A stretch of 63,970 nt of DNA, filler included, from Circinaria calcarea (Eukaryota): the NCBI GenBank assembly GCA_051942165.1. It is 6 parts of 6 records of this genome, joined end to end, with 100 filler letters (N's around TTAATTAATTAA, not from the genome) between each part and the next. Parts side by side here need not be neighbours in the genome. Positions count along the whole stretch, not along the records: positions 21,387 to 31,971 come from JAVECS010000791.1; positions 32,072 to 42,653 come from JAVECS010000792.1; 4 more parts are not named here. One strand, written 5' to 3'. Each line of letters begins with the position of its first letter. Within the stretch, counting starts at the first letter, position 1. A program made the translations under genes and the position numbers. Below the pieces are notes generated by a model. It was not told the DNA's origin. It ran no database searches and saw only the letters and a program-made list of their open reading frames with translations. This document shows, in pieces, positions 24,401 to 37,810 of the stretch.

Positions 24401-25303
24401 GATCGTGCAGGAAACAATGGAGATGGGCTCCTCCCAATGCGATATAATGGGGCTGGCTAGCCGAGCACGAGATGGTGTTGAGGTCAAGGTGGTAGCGCTT
24501 GTATGAGATCAACGGTGGAGGGACATTTGAATCTTGCTGATGGTCCCTGCGAAAGCTTCGACCACTGCGAGGTGCGGGATACGCTGAAGAAGGCAGTCTC
24601 AGATCCCACTGGCGGACCTCGCCATCTTCGCTGCATGACAAAAAGAGATAAGGCGATGACTCCGTGACGATACGCTTCACACGGTCACCATGGGACCTGT
24701 ATACCCTCGCGTTCGTGTCTCCATCACTTAGATACCTTACACCTTGGTAAAAGTTATTGAAACGTTGTCTTCCTTGAACTGCCTGTTCACGAAGATAAGC
24801 CATGTTGGGATTTGTCAAAGGAATGCTCGATCGGCCCGAGTATTCGATGTCAAAGACTCTAACTTCACCGTCACCAGCGCATGTTACCAGTGTCTGATCG
24901 TTTGAGTGAGGCATAAATTTCACCGAAAATATGTTGGCTCTGTGGCCAGTGGCGACTGTAGTTGTGAGAGCGAACGGGGGGGTTGAAGAGTCCGGCTGGT
25001 AGGAGTGGATGTTCAGATGCTGATCGTCTGAACCAGAGGCAAGGAGTCTACCTGATTTAGACCAGCTATAAGGGAAGTTCAGCATGAGAAGTCAACCAAG
25101 TCTACAGATGAACTAGAAGGCCGTCCGAAACCGTAAGAGACAAACCTAAGAGCGTTTACACATCCCGAATGGCCCCCAAGCTCATTGACGATGTCGAGAT
25201 CGTTGACCCATGCCCTATCTCCATATATTCCTTTGACTCCAGAGTAGCTAGAGCCATCTCCCAACTCTCGGCGTAGCAGCCGATCTTGCACCGTTACCCT
25301 CAT
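21467..25303 (-). CDS. WD40-repeat DDB1/CUL4-associated factor (DCAF6/DCAF8/Iqw1-like), predicted C-terminal CaaX
   Basis: LGGHSGCVNAL|SWS...LASGSDD, GHRANIFSVKF, EDGEVRQWDLR, YQGHCNVKTVKDV, VVSGSDCGHLFIWD, LAVSGIDHTIKIF. Spliced end DAFIT|RGMLAQL...DDNCE|IM* via introns 21671-21899 (GC-AG) and 21476-21550. Confidence 0.85.
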
Positions 25304-26700
25304 CTTGTTCCGGATTCAGCGGCAGCTACTGGAAAACGGGTTGGTGTGCTCCTGGGGCGACCTTCAATAGCAGTTGTATCCTTTATTTGAGAATCATGAT
25401 GCTTAAAACAAAGATTTGAAAATTACGTAAAGAACATATGTAATGCTTAAAAGTGGCGCCAACAGTTATTTACTGCGGTACAGGGATATCTAAACGCCGG
25501 TTTAACGGCGCCGGGAGCCGATCCCGGGGCTCTACTGTGGTAGGGCTGCCTCGAATTTAAGGGTCGTAGATGTTAGTATCATGCCGACGCTCCCCTGTGG
25601 TCATCTTCAGATACCGACGTACGGGATTGGGGAAAAGCCTGCAAACATGATTAAAGCGAGTGCAAAGGGCTTGAGACGAGAGGTGAATTCGCCGGGGGAA
25701 AGGGGCTCTTTTCCAAGCCAGTAACAGAATGGTAATTGGGGAGAGTCAGAGGGGTAGATTGGACCAGGTTAGCTACCTCCGGTCTCCATTTCGGGACTCA
25801 GGCATGCGCGCTTTAGTATGCACCAAATATCCCTACAAGTATCTTCTTGTTATGGCTGCTCGACCATATTACCAGCGGCGTAACCTCAGGTGCGGCGGAA
25901 ATAGTTGCGTAGATCCAGTTCTGGCATGATTCAAAAAAAAAAAAATTTCAGGGCCCGTCCAGCTCTATAGTTATAAGACAGTCAAAGCATAAATCGATAG
26001 ATAATAAGTTAAAACTGCGTTTTCTTAAAAGGGCGTGCTTATACTTGTAGGTATTCTCGTTTTTGACTTGACTGCTAGCAATGATTCCCCTTTGCGATTA
26101 TAGTATTTCGGCAATCTTACCCTTCCCTGCTTCCGTCTGCTCCGTACGGAGTAAATGACAGCAAGCAAGTTCTGCTTCTAACAATTTGTGGAGGGACAAA
26201 CCTATATCACAAAGCTGCAAAGTGCTATGTTAGGAAGATAGCCATGTCGCCAATACTGGGTGACTCGATCCTCTTAGGCCGATTCACGAGGGAGTCGAAA
26301 GACTTACCGCCGGCCTAACCCTTGAAGATACTTAGGTAGTTGGCCACGCACACGTCGCATATCACACTAACAGGACAAAAAGCATTGTTACCCCTCTATA
26401 TCCGTGTGCTGTCGCGGCAGAAGTTAACCCTACGAATACAGTTGCGCAGGTATCCTTCTGCGACATGGAGCCAATTACATCTCAATTGGAATGTTGTCAA
26501 GCTCAAATTGTTGACATGAACTGTACATAAAAGTAGGTGTTCTGGCATTTTCGCGCCGTCCAGCTGGTTGCTGTACGCTTTCCCTCTCGACTTTCGTTTT
26601 CCGGTATAGGCTGTTGTTCGAGCAACTCTACTTGTTTGCCAGATATACCCTACATCTATTTTTCCATCGACCATTAACCGTGTAGCTTTCTGTTCTCACC

Positions 26701-28691
26701 ATGTATTTTCCCTACCAGTGTACCTTCGCCGTCATTCTTTCATGGGCCATATCGTCCGGAGGATGTCCAGGTATGTTGGAAATCTCTCACAACCAGCCTT
26801 GCTCATGATGATCTAGCATCGGGCTTTCCCAGCTTATTAGATGCTACCATCGAGGAGCTTGCCGGGCTCCTGGACGCTGGCTCTTTGACCGGCGTAGAGC
26901 TTGTCGCGGTAACGGCCCAGCATTCTTCACCGGACGGCGATGGGAGTTCTGATGATATGCTTAGACATATCTTGACCGAATTACCGAAGCGAACCCATTC
27001 TTTCGTGCCATAAATGAGGTCAACCCAGATGCCTTGGAGATCGCTCGGGAGTTGGATAACGAGCGGGCAATGGGTCACACTCGAGGGTAGCCAAAGCCCC
27101 GTTTTACCATGCTAGAAATTTCTGACATTACTAGACCTCTACATGGAATCCCTATACTAGTCAAGGACAACATAGCAACCAATGATAAGATGAACAATAC
27201 TGGTAATCTGCTCATATTCTCCTGGAGCTATTTCTATAGCTAACAGCGCCATTGCTTGCTGTAGCTGGATGCCTTTGTCTGCTTGGTGCAAAGGTATCAA
27301 GGGACTCGACGGTGGTAGCTAAACTCAGAGCTGCAGGTGCTATACTGTTGGGCAAGGCAAACCTTTCCGAATGGGCTCAACGCAGGTCAAACAATACCAC
27401 GGATGGCTGGTCGGCGTATGGAGGCCAGACTACCGGTGCATACTATCCCAATCAGAACCCGAGAGGTAGCTCGAGTGGGAGTGGAGTAGCCGTTTCAATT
27501 GGTCTTGCTGCTGCTGCTCTAGGAACTGAGGTATGCTTCAGGGAGAAGTGCTGGTAACGCTTAATGCGCTCTGATTGACTCTCCATTTAGACAGAAGGAA
27601 GCATTATCGCTCCAAGCGAAATCAACAACCTAGTAGGGATAAAGCCAACCGTTGGGCTGACCTCTCGTGATCTCGTCATTACTATCAGCCTACGGCAGGA
27701 CAGTGTAGGCCCAATGGCTAGAACTGTTAAGGATGCTGCCTATATTCTATCCGCCATCGCTGGCCGTGACCTGAAGTACGATAATTTCACTTCTGCTCAG
27801 CCCTTTGCTGTTCCGCCAGACTACATGAAAGCCCTCAATTCTTCGGGCCTCCAAGGAGCGCGGATCGGGATACCTAGAAATGATAATATTTTCTATGAAC
27901 TCTTGCATGGTGGTAAGCGTAGTGCGAAGAATGGGAAGATGATCTTGGTGGCCTTCGAAAACGCTGTTAAGGTGTTGGAGTCCGCCGGTGCCACAATTGT
28001 TGATAATACCAATATGACATTCCTTGGAAACTCTTTCGAGAAATACATCTCTAAACTCTCCGAGAGCCGCGATATCCTTCTCGATATTGACCTCCTAACT
28101 AGTCTTGAGAAATACTTCTCCGGTTTACAGGTCAATCCAGTCGGAATTCACACAATGGGAGATCTCATCCAGTACACCAAATCTGAGCCCCGCGAGGAAT
28201 ATTCCAAGCGCAACATTGTCAGCTTTGAGCATGCCATCTTCCTGAATCTTACGGCATCCTCCTCCGAAGTTTGGGAGGCCTATCAAGCTGGCCTGCAATT
28301 AGCTGACGAAGGTGGGATTATCAGAGCCATGAACGTTTACCGTCTAGATGCTATCATTATGCCTTCGTCCGGATCCTTCTTTTTGCCTGCACTACTTGGT
28401 ACGCCTGTGATCACAGTACCTATGGGAGGCTTTAGCGAGGATGCGGACGTTGGTAAAAGGCAAAGGGATCTTGTTGATGAAGGCCCAAACATACCATTCG
28501 GGCTAAGCTTCTTGGGCCGCAAATGGAGCGAGGAACGGCTCATCTCTTATGCGTACTCGTTCGAGCAGAGAACGAATATACGAAAGCAGATAAAGCCCTA
28601 TTTCCTACCAAAGGCGGAGCTTCGGCGGCATGGTACGCAAGGAAGTGGGTACGGAAATCTACAGGCCCAGAAAACCCTCGCGGTTCGATAA
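26701..28691 (+). CDS. Secreted amidase-signature family enzyme, multi-exon
   Basis: Hydrophobic N-terminus at 26701, LLDATIEEL, PLHGIPILVKDNIAT, GKANLSEWA, NPRGSSSGSG, GTE|TEGSII, GIKPTVGLTSR, QDSVGPMARTV. Confidence 0.9.
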
Positions 28692-29297
28692 CCCAATCAA
28701 AGCAGAATGCGGTATACATGCAGTCATCTCGGACACTTTCAAGCTTTCATTTCCACATCGTTACTCTGCTTTTGATTTCATGGAAGACCTCGCCTTCTAG
28801 CATTTCGGACGCGGCAGCCGTTTCTCGCCCTCTGCATATCCTCTGCGCTAAAATGTCTCCAGCGTCATATTCATGGTATATGACTCCCAGCGTGTTATGA
28901 TACCGTATTCGAGTTTCATAGCGACTTTTGTCTTGATAGAGGATCCTGGAAAGGGGCTCGATCGATCCAATCTATCTATTTGATGTGACTTAGGTTCACT
29001 AATTCCCGCTTCGGGGCCAAATTGTGACGACAAAGCAACTTCACGTCCGAACCCGCAAGTTTATCCAACTCCCCTCTCATACTTCTGAGAAGCTATTTCT
29101 GGCGTGTATCAATAAAGGGAATCTCAGCCGGACATTCAATGTGAAATCGAGTCATTGACGTAATGCCCCCCTTATCTCCGAATGCGGGGAAGTCGTTCAA
29201 TATATTTCCGTTTGCAGCATTGATTCTGCGCACTACTAATTACTGTCCTACTGAGTTTGCACCTGAATTTGTAAATATCCAGTATCGAATTCGCCAG

Positions 29298-30313
29298 GTC
29301 GTCCACTCGAACCGTCCACGTTCCCCATCTGGGCGGTATCGATGCCGGCTACCGGATGCCCCACCCATACGACCCATCCAGGCCGACTCTCGTCCTCGTC
29401 AATTCCTTTACTACATCCTCGGAACTCTTCCGCGAGCAATTTGGGGATGAGAAGCTTACATCTACAATGAACCTACTGGCAATTGAGCTTCTCGGCCACG
29501 GCAAGACCCGGACAAAGTCCGAGAACTTCACGTATTGGGATACGGCGATCATGAACTGTCAGGTCATGGAGGCGCTAGGGATCAAGAAGGCATTTGTGCT
29601 GGGATCCAGCCAGGGCGGATGGATAACGGTCAGGATGGCGTTACTCCGCCCAGATCTAGTTGGTTTTATCCTGCGACTATCCCTTGGATTATGAACTGCT
29701 GTTGAAGGTATGGATTTAGGTTGGAGGCCTTATCCCCTTAGGTACCTCCATGGACTACGAGTCCGAACGCACGCGCTCCCTCGGCTGTTGGGACGGCGTT
29801 GCAGCCTGTACGCCCTTAGTCGAAGCCTGGACCTCTAATGAGCCCACTCCGAACTTTGAACCGGACGACAGCTTCTGCGACTACTTGATGGATAATGGTT
29901 TCGGCAAGGATTCTGATACCAGCATCAGGGACTTCTGGAAGAAGACAATCAAGGCCAATTATCGCGGTGATGACGGGAGGAAGAGGATCCGGATGGCGAC
30001 GATCAATCTCAGAGAAAGGGATGGATTGCACGGGCGGTTATTCGATGTTAGGTGTCCGGTCATGTGGCTGCATGTAAGCTTCAACTATGCGGTAATCTGA
30101 AGAGATTGTCCCACTAATAAATGTTACTTTTAGGGTACAAGTGATATAGTCTATTCAATGGCAAATGTGGAAGAGGAGATTAAGATGTTTGTCAACTCGC
30201 CAGACGCGAAGCTTGTCACTGTGAAGGACGGACATCATCTCCTGAGCGCCTCACATCCCAAAGAAGTAGATGAGGCGCTGATTGAATTTGTGACCCAATG
30301 GCATAAGGCATGA
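29298..30313 (+). CDS. Alpha/beta-fold hydrolase (start codon not resolved)
   Basis: VPHLGGIDAGY, PTLVLVNSF, ELLGHGKT, nucleophile elbow GSSQGG, CPVMWLH|GTSD, GHHLL. Two GT-AG introns. Confidence 0.85.
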
Positions 30314-30634
30314 ATGGTCGCTGATCAACTGTATATTATTAGGATCAATTTAAATTATAATGCTGTAAATATCATCTCCTGCTTCTTGGGAGGATCAAAA
30401 TATTAAAATGCCTATGGTATGGTCTTGACTCAAAGTGCTTTGGATATGGAACAGCGGTCGGGCCGAGCGTCCCCGACTCCTTTATTTCCGAGCGGGAGAA
30501 TTAATACTCCGCACTTCTCCAGCAGATGTACTCGGTGCGCATTTGATTTCGTGCACAGCAACCTGACTGATCAACACCACCCGCTGTGACAGATTCGAAT
30601 TGTACATATTGTTCCAGGCTCTGTGTCAACCAAG

Positions 30635-31971
30635 ATGAGCTTTACCGCCGCAGTAGGAAAAGAAGGATTCTTCTACAATGGCTCTGAACTGTTTGTTGAA
30701 GTCGGCGGCGTGAATCGTCACCCACGCGCTACGATATCCGAGCTCACGGAGCTCTTGCGCCCTGACAAGAAACAACTCAAGGGCGCTGCTGCTCCAGATA
30801 AAGTTGGGCATTGGTACGAAGCCCAGCTAATGCACTATGGGCTACCATTGTCCAAAGATAAAGCGAGGTGTAAAGTGCGCCTACTTGATGCTCTGAACAA
30901 CCATACGCTGAACGTCCCAGCGTCGTAAGTTTCCTACCTACGCGATGTAACAGAGTCTAGCAGGCTAAGGTGCCACTTTTTTGCAGCGTGAAGAGAGTAG
31001 AGGATGAGCTCAAAAAGGAATTCGCTGCAAAGGAAAGGAAGGCCAAGGCAGACTATAAAGCTGCGCAGAAAGCGGCCGAGGTTGTAAAACCCGAAACCGC
31101 AGTCAGCAAGAAGCGGAAAGCGGCGGAATCTTGCAACGTCAACATCAACATCACAGTGGGACCAAATGGGCAGTTTGCCCAAGCCACGGGACAGTTGGAT
31201 CGTCAGATACAGACCTCTGCTAAGAGGTTGAAGAACGCACCAGCAGAAACAGTCACACCAGCGGTCAAGCGGGCGAAGCCAAAGCAGCCTATACAGGAAG
31301 CAGTTGAGAAGCCACGACCGAAGCCAACGGCTCGTAAGCAGGCACCGAGCATTGCGAATGGTGCTCCGCCAGAACTGCCTATGTCGATAAGTCCAAGAAG
31401 AGAGATCAAGGAGAAGCCACGGACAAAGCAGACTGCTCGTAAGCAAGCACCGAGTGTCGCGGCAGGTTATCCGCCGGGATACCCTTTTGAAGTGGAGGAG
31501 TACGGTTGGCAGATGTCACCTACGAAGCAGGTTTCTCCCAAGAAAGAGTCTAGGAAGAGAGAGCCAGTAAAAAAAGAGCCGGTAAAGAAAGAGTCAATAA
31601 AGAAGGAGCTTGTAAAGAAAGACCCTGCAGTCAAGAAGGAGCCTGTCAAGAGAGAAACCAAAGTTAAGAAGGAACCGGCGGTCAAAAAAGAGACTCCTGT
31701 CAAAAAGAGAGCAGCTATCAAGAGAGAGGAGCTCCCTCCGCAGGGGTTTTCTCCGCCCGCCGGTCCATCAAATCCCCAATTCCCGCCTCTCGGCCTTATC
31801 AATGGTATTTACGATATTGATTGTCCCTACATTACCGAGGAATGGGGCTCGGAGAATCTCCAGCTAATACTAGCTGTGGATGGCAACTCAGCTTGGGGAG
31901 CGTACGACTTCGGCATGTTCGAAGGAATCATAAACTTCCCTCTCCGCCCCTTTTCCGCAAGCGAGGAACCA
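30635..31971 (+). CDS. Uncharacterised fungal protein with Lys/Pro-rich middle, H3-tail-like motifs and KKE repeats (3'-truncated)
   Basis: Exon 1 contains GHWYEAQLMHYGLP...KVRLLDAL, then an intron (~30925-30986) and a long open frame to the contig end with GIYDIDCP...WGAYDFGMFEGII. Confidence 0.8.
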
Positions 31972-32071
31972 NNNNNNNNNNNNNNNNNNNNNNNNNNNNN
32001 NNNNNNNNNNNNNNNTTAATTAATTAANNNNNNNNNNNNNNNNNNNNNNNNNNNNNNNNNNNNNNNNNNNN
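31972..32071. other. Artificial contig spacer
   Basis: Same linker. Confidence 0.99.
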
Positions 32072-33507
32072 TTTGCCCTCCAACTCGATACCGGCAGTAG
32101 CGACATATGGGTCCCTTCTATCACCAGTGACGTTTGTCAGATTAGAAACTGTAGCCTGTCCGGCCAGTTCGACGCGTCCGCGTCTTCCTCCTTTATTGAT
32201 ATAGCTCAAAACCTCTTTCGAATCTCTTACGTCGATGGCAGTAGCGTCACCGGCGACTACTTTGCCGACAGCCTCACGATCGGTCCGGTCACGCTACTCA
32301 ATCAGACAATGGCATTGGCCACAAATGCCACTCGAGCACTCGGGATAGCGGGCATCGGGTTCGCGGCCGGCGAATCCATTGCCTTTACTAACCCAGAGGC
32401 AATATATCCGAATATCATCAATACTTTGAAAAATCAAGGCTTTATCAACACCTTGGCGTACAGCCTTTGGCTTAATGACCTTGGTGAGTGCCTCCCGGGT
32501 GGAATATGTGTAGAAGATCCTAACCTAACCTTCCAAAGAATCCAACACCGGATCCATCTTGTTTGGCGGGGTGGATGAAGATCGCTATGAAGGAAACCTC
32601 GTTACTCTCCCAATACAGCCCGACGCTCGATCGGACGCCATCACCTCCTTCACACTGGCATTGACCTCGGTCTCTTTAGAGGACGGCTCGGGGGGCAGTC
32701 AATTCTCGCAAACCAACCTTGCTATACCAGTCATCCTTGACAGCGGCGCAACCCTGACGTACCTTCCAGACGATATCGCGAACACCATTATCGAGGGAGT
32801 TGGAGCCGTCTCATCGTCAACTTTTGGCTATGTTGTTCCGTGTACACTAGCTGACTCGCCAGCTGCGTTCACCTTCGGATTCGGCGGATCGAACGGTGCC
32901 ACCCTCAGAGTTGAATTAAATCAATTTGTACTCCCCATCTTCCTGAGAAGTGGCCTATCACCTACATTCGACGACGGAACTGCCGCATGCCAGTTTGGTA
33001 TCCTACCTGCCGGCGAAGATCCCAATCTTTTTGGAGATACCTTCCTTCGCTCTGCCTATGTCGTTTATGATCTTGAGAACGGTCAAATCGGTCTTGCACA
33101 AGTCAGTGAATAATTTTATGGTACCAAAGTATAACGCTAATGAATATGGGTAGACGACGTTCAACGCCACTTCCTCCAATATCCAAGAGATTTCTGGAGC
33201 CTCCCTCCCCGGAGCCAGTGCAGCAGGCACAGGCGTCAGCGTCACTCAAACTGCAACTGGAATACCCCTTCAAACACAAGCTGCGACCATATCTGCCACA
33301 GAAGTGGGGGCTCAGATTACCCAGAAAAGTGGACTGTTTAATCTTGGTGGAAGTCAAACTGCTACAGGATCTACCGGTTCACCTACATCTCAACCAGCCG
33401 GGGCAAATGCTTCAGGAGCTACTTCGGATCTAAAGGCCTCACCGATTGAGAGGGCAACGGTTATCTTTGGTTTCTTGATGATGACATTGTTTGTCTTTTA
33501 CATATGA
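32072..33507 (+). CDS. Yapsin/OpsB-like A1 aspartic protease, probably GPI-anchored (5'-truncated)
   Basis: Both catalytic motifs present (LQLDTGSSDIWV, VILDSGATLTYLP), plus ISYVDGS, AYSLWLNDL, FGDTFLRSAYVVYDL and a Ser/Thr-rich tail with a hydrophobic C-terminus. Confidence 0.92.
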
Positions 33508-36033
33508 TCCTGGAAGTTTGGGTCAGATACCTAGCGGTTTGCATGTTTATGGTATAGATAAGTTAGATACCCCCGAGTTTACCGGGTCTCCTTCCAAGAA
33601 TCAATTTGGAGGTTCTCCCGTTCCTCACACAGTACTGGAAACCTTTATATCTCTTGTGGATCTAGACGTAGTCAGTTCAGGTTCTGCCAGCAACAATGTG
33701 CTTGCTGGCCATTGTCCTCCGTTGCGATGCGATGGAGGCTGAGTAACTCGTTAATGGTTTGCCGTCTATAACGTTCTTTTGTATATTCTATTTACGGTGT
33801 TGAAAGCACAATGTTAGGTGTCTCAAGATGACGGTATAGAACTACCATTTCTGTTATATATATGAGGTCGTTGTTGCTACTGATAGTGATTTATCCCCAT
33901 AGCTTTCTCTTTTCTAACTACAGTTACGGTAAGCTTCGCAGTCATTGCTCGTATAATTGCGACAGTCATCAATCTTTCTTTTGGTACTTATTCATAAATC
34001 GCTTCTCTAGGGAATGGTACTAGAGGTTGAGAATGGCACGCCTCTCCAATCCATTACGTCAGGGAAGCCAATTCAAACCTGAGATTCCGATTTCTGAAGC
34101 CGGGAACTTAATAGCAGAGAATCACCCGTCACATAACGAACGAAACATCTGTCACCTACCGCGAATCAAGAGGAAGCGACTGCAGAGCCCACCCCAAGGC
34201 CGCATCATCACACAATAAGGAGTAGCAGCAAAAAGCTTCTCAGCACCTCCTATTCAAAGCCCTCGCCCATGTGAAGGTGACTGCCGGTTAGGGTGAGCTT
34301 GCACGGGAGAATCGACTCTTTCAACAAAACGGCTGTCGACGTCTGGTGAAAGCCTTTATTAACGACAAGGTCAAGTTCAACGACCCCTGCTAATCCTATG
34401 GCCGGCCGTGTTATACGGGCGGATTTTGAGTCTCCATGTGCTAAAACCCACGAAACCTGAACTACCCTTGGGTTACAGAGAACCTTTCGGGGTATCGGGA
34501 TGGGAGGATAAACCGTTGGCGGCTAAACAGGAGTCTACATCCGCTCATCCTAGGCCAGCCCAGTCGTTATTGAAATATATAGTTTAGAAAAACACCCCTT
34601 TCTCTTCGAAAGAGCGCAGTAACGAAATTAGCATGCAGATGGGTATTGGTTCCACCGCTGTATACAACTTTGGATTGTACAGCCTTTTTGGATTATAACA
34701 CGCCTTCCCCCCATCACCTTGTGGGCTGGCCAACGCAGGAATGCTGCGTTGAAATCTATTTTTCACAAGACTACAAATGGTATGACGCTACGAAAGGGTG
34801 TGGAGGGTGCTGGAGACGGGATGGCTTATGGAACAGCAAAACCTCAACATAAAGGAAGGGAATTACGGGTCCCTGATGAGCAATTATCTGAAGAGATAGG
34901 CAAGATCCCGGCCAATCTCGGGGCAGTCCTGAACAGTAATATTAGGCCGCCGCTTGAGCAAGGCCGCCAATCCGCCCTTCTCGATCACCTTTTCAAGAAA
35001 TATCGCGTTCTATATCCGGAGGAGGATATTTTTATCTATTATCCTACTGCTGGGTTAGTGCGCACAGATATTTTTGCGGATAATATAAACGCCGAAATAT
35101 TTAGGTCGACGGAAGAAGTCAGCGAAAAGAATATTAACGCGTTTTATTATTTTATAAAAATAGCTTAATTTTAAGTCGGCGTGCGCTCTATCGTATGGGC
35201 CCGTTTATGATTTTTTAGGTTTAAAACCTACGGAACCGACGGTCAGGATAACAATTCTCTTCCTTTATTAAGTCTAAAAAATCGCTTAATTAATATTAAT
35301 AGAATAAGATTACTGAACGTTAGCCTTAAAGCTACAGAAATTGTAAAGGAAGATTAACCCCGGGTAAACCCGACGAGAAATTGAGTTTTAGCCTACGCTG
35401 ATTATATTCCCTTCGGCTGCTCTAGGCGTGTGGAAGTCCGAGATTGCAGAGTACTTCGGAGTTAGGGTTAGGGTGGCTGGTTGACACGTGAAGACTGTTA
35501 ATGCGGGTTATCTAATTTTACCTGTTACCCGGCAGGCTTCTGGAGTGGGAAACGAATCGCCAGCCATTTGTTCTTTTCCCCAAACCAATTTGAGTTCGGC
35601 AATATCTCCTCCAGGAGACACAAAGCCTAGAAGGATTACACAGCCAGCTTTACGGTGTAGGAACACAGACGGATATGGTCAATGGTTTCGAGGAAGAGGA
35701 AGAGGAGAAGGAGAAGGAGAAGTCTATACAAGAGGTAGTCGATGGTTTCGGCGGTGACTGACTTCCCTGCCCGGATCGGAGACTACGGCAAGTTCTATCT
35801 TCGCCTTATCCAAGATGACCCTTCGGTTATATTATCACGGCCTTCCTAAGGCAACTTTTATGCATCTGAGGAGTGCGAAACTTCGCTTTACCCTGCGTGT
35901 TTCCGGAAATCTGGTCAGCTTATGACGTGAAATTTCAACAAACGGAAGCCGCGTGGAATAAGTTCGGACCAAAATATTCCCTGATGGTGGAAAAAGAATC
36001 AAATGTCCTCATCAATGCCTGGTGAGGGACGTG

Positions 36034-36745
36034 ATGTTCAAGATATCGACATATACTTCATTGATTTGGATTATGGCTGTCGAGCAGAAGGCAGCGAAAG
36101 TAGCGGCCGAGCAGGAATCAGCGAAAAAGGTTGCTAGGAAGGGAAAGAAACGGATTAGCGATAACACGGAGGATTCCACAGCTACTGATTCGCCTTCCAA
36201 GAAAACCCGGAAAGTAAGGAACCCACGCAAGCCAACCACGGCATATCTTAACCATAACACAAATTAATATACGAGGTACGATTCAGCTGCAAAAATCACA
36301 AGCGAACTGATTAAAAAGAAATTCAAAACATTCGCACAGTTCAACGGATATACCTTTTTTATAAACGTTTCCGTTACAGAAAAAAACTTTAATGACAAGA
36401 TGTTTAAGGGTGGAATTCGCCTGAATAATTATACTATTTTATTTACCCTACTCACTTAAACTACTAAGATATTAAATTAGAGTTAGACCGCCGAATTTAA
36501 TAATACCGGGATGATTAAGGCAACTCGCGTCCCGTTAGGGCACGTATATAAGAAGTTTTTTAAAATTGAGTCTATAAACATGAACGGGTTGAAGATAACC
36601 GAGACGAAGTGACATTATACATAATGGCGCGGGTTGTATTATTTAATAGGTAAAGAGGGTTTGGGCACAAAATTATATCTTATTAGGCTGTCCTTCGAGA
36701 GCTTTAAATATATAGGTTTTAAGTTTAAAGCTGAGATGAAGGTAA
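36034..36745 (+). pseudogene. RIP-decayed ORF of unknown family
   Basis: One frame stays coding-like for ~230 codons but is broken by several TAA/TAG/TGA stops in AT-enriched DNA, and ends at a GTAAGT donor. Confidence 0.4.
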
Positions 36746-37432
36746 GTACTCGGCTAAAAGTACAGTACTATTGGTAAGCTAAAAGATATCTTTGAACAAA
36801 TCTTTCGGAATAACATAAGGGTTGTCGGTGCAGCAAGGAATGCAAAAGGAGCGTTAAAGTGGTAACTATACGTTTCGGAGCAAACAGAACTTCCTGCGCG
36901 ACAAGCTTATTATCCGTTTTTCGCTCGTATATCGATGACGGTAATGAGAATCCGAAGAGAAGAAAGCTATTAAGATTGATGAAGAACCAAGACTCCTATC
37001 AAGAGTAGTCCAGGGCTAGCTCGATACTTCCGTCAAGAAAGCCACGTCGCCCAAATTTATATTGCCGACGACAGAGGCAGACGGATACAGTGCAGAAAAT
37101 ATAGATGCTGCTGGGCGTTTTCGAGGAAGCATTGCCAACTATAAAGCTGTGCAGATTGAGGAACCTGATGGTTGAACTCGGTATAAGCGTGTTTCAGTTG
37201 CGCTTCGTTCTCTACTGACTACTTCATCAATAATGAATACTTTAGCTAGTGATACCGCGCGCGAGCATTGCGTTGTTGAGGAGCGGAGGGATGCATAAGC
37301 AAGTCTGGGAATCAGTACAAGCGGTCCTGCAACCTCATCCTCTGGACAGAAGAAAAAGAGTGAAAAGGACTTGTCAATAGCAATGATGGGAAGAGATCAA
37401 AATCGCGTGAGAGTTGTTCTGATCTGGCAGAC

Positions 37433-37810
37433 GTGGAAATCACGATGGGTGCTGAAAAGCGCGAGCCAGACATAACCGACCTTTATGCCATTCAAGCAGC
37501 CGAGCCGGACGGTCTGGAAGGCTGTGAAAGTGATGCTTATGGCAACCGGGTCCACTATTATTTGGTGGATTCCCCAGCGCGCCGGCCACTCCACGCACAC
37601 AGGTCAGTTAGAGAGCTTTTAGAGGCATTTTATGATGCCGTCCGAGGCCACGAATCATTCCTCGAGGATGAGAATATTGCTTATCGGGATATCCCAGATA
37701 ACAATATTATTATCACAGAAGCTGCCACTGAAGGAGACCTCAAAAGGAACATAGTATCTCAACTATGTAGTGGCCGAAGGTGTCGATACCAGTGTTACCA
37801 GATCGAGTAA
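37433..37810 (+). pseudogene. Fragment of a fungal FunK1 (Pkinase_fungal) kinase
   Basis: NRVHYYLVDSPARRPL...SVRELLEAFYDAVRGHESF...IAYRDIPDNNIIIT resembles the FunK1 core ELLEALRDAI.GH...ILHRDIS.NNI. HRD is altered and the downstream LIDLD is missing. Confidence 0.75.

Noticed and set aside
35461..35474. TTAGGG telomere-like repeats
   Set aside because: Only two units, internal; compatible with chance.
36200..36260. RNPRKPTTAYL as the start of an HMG box
   Set aside because: Following sequence lacks the HMG aromatic and helix pattern.
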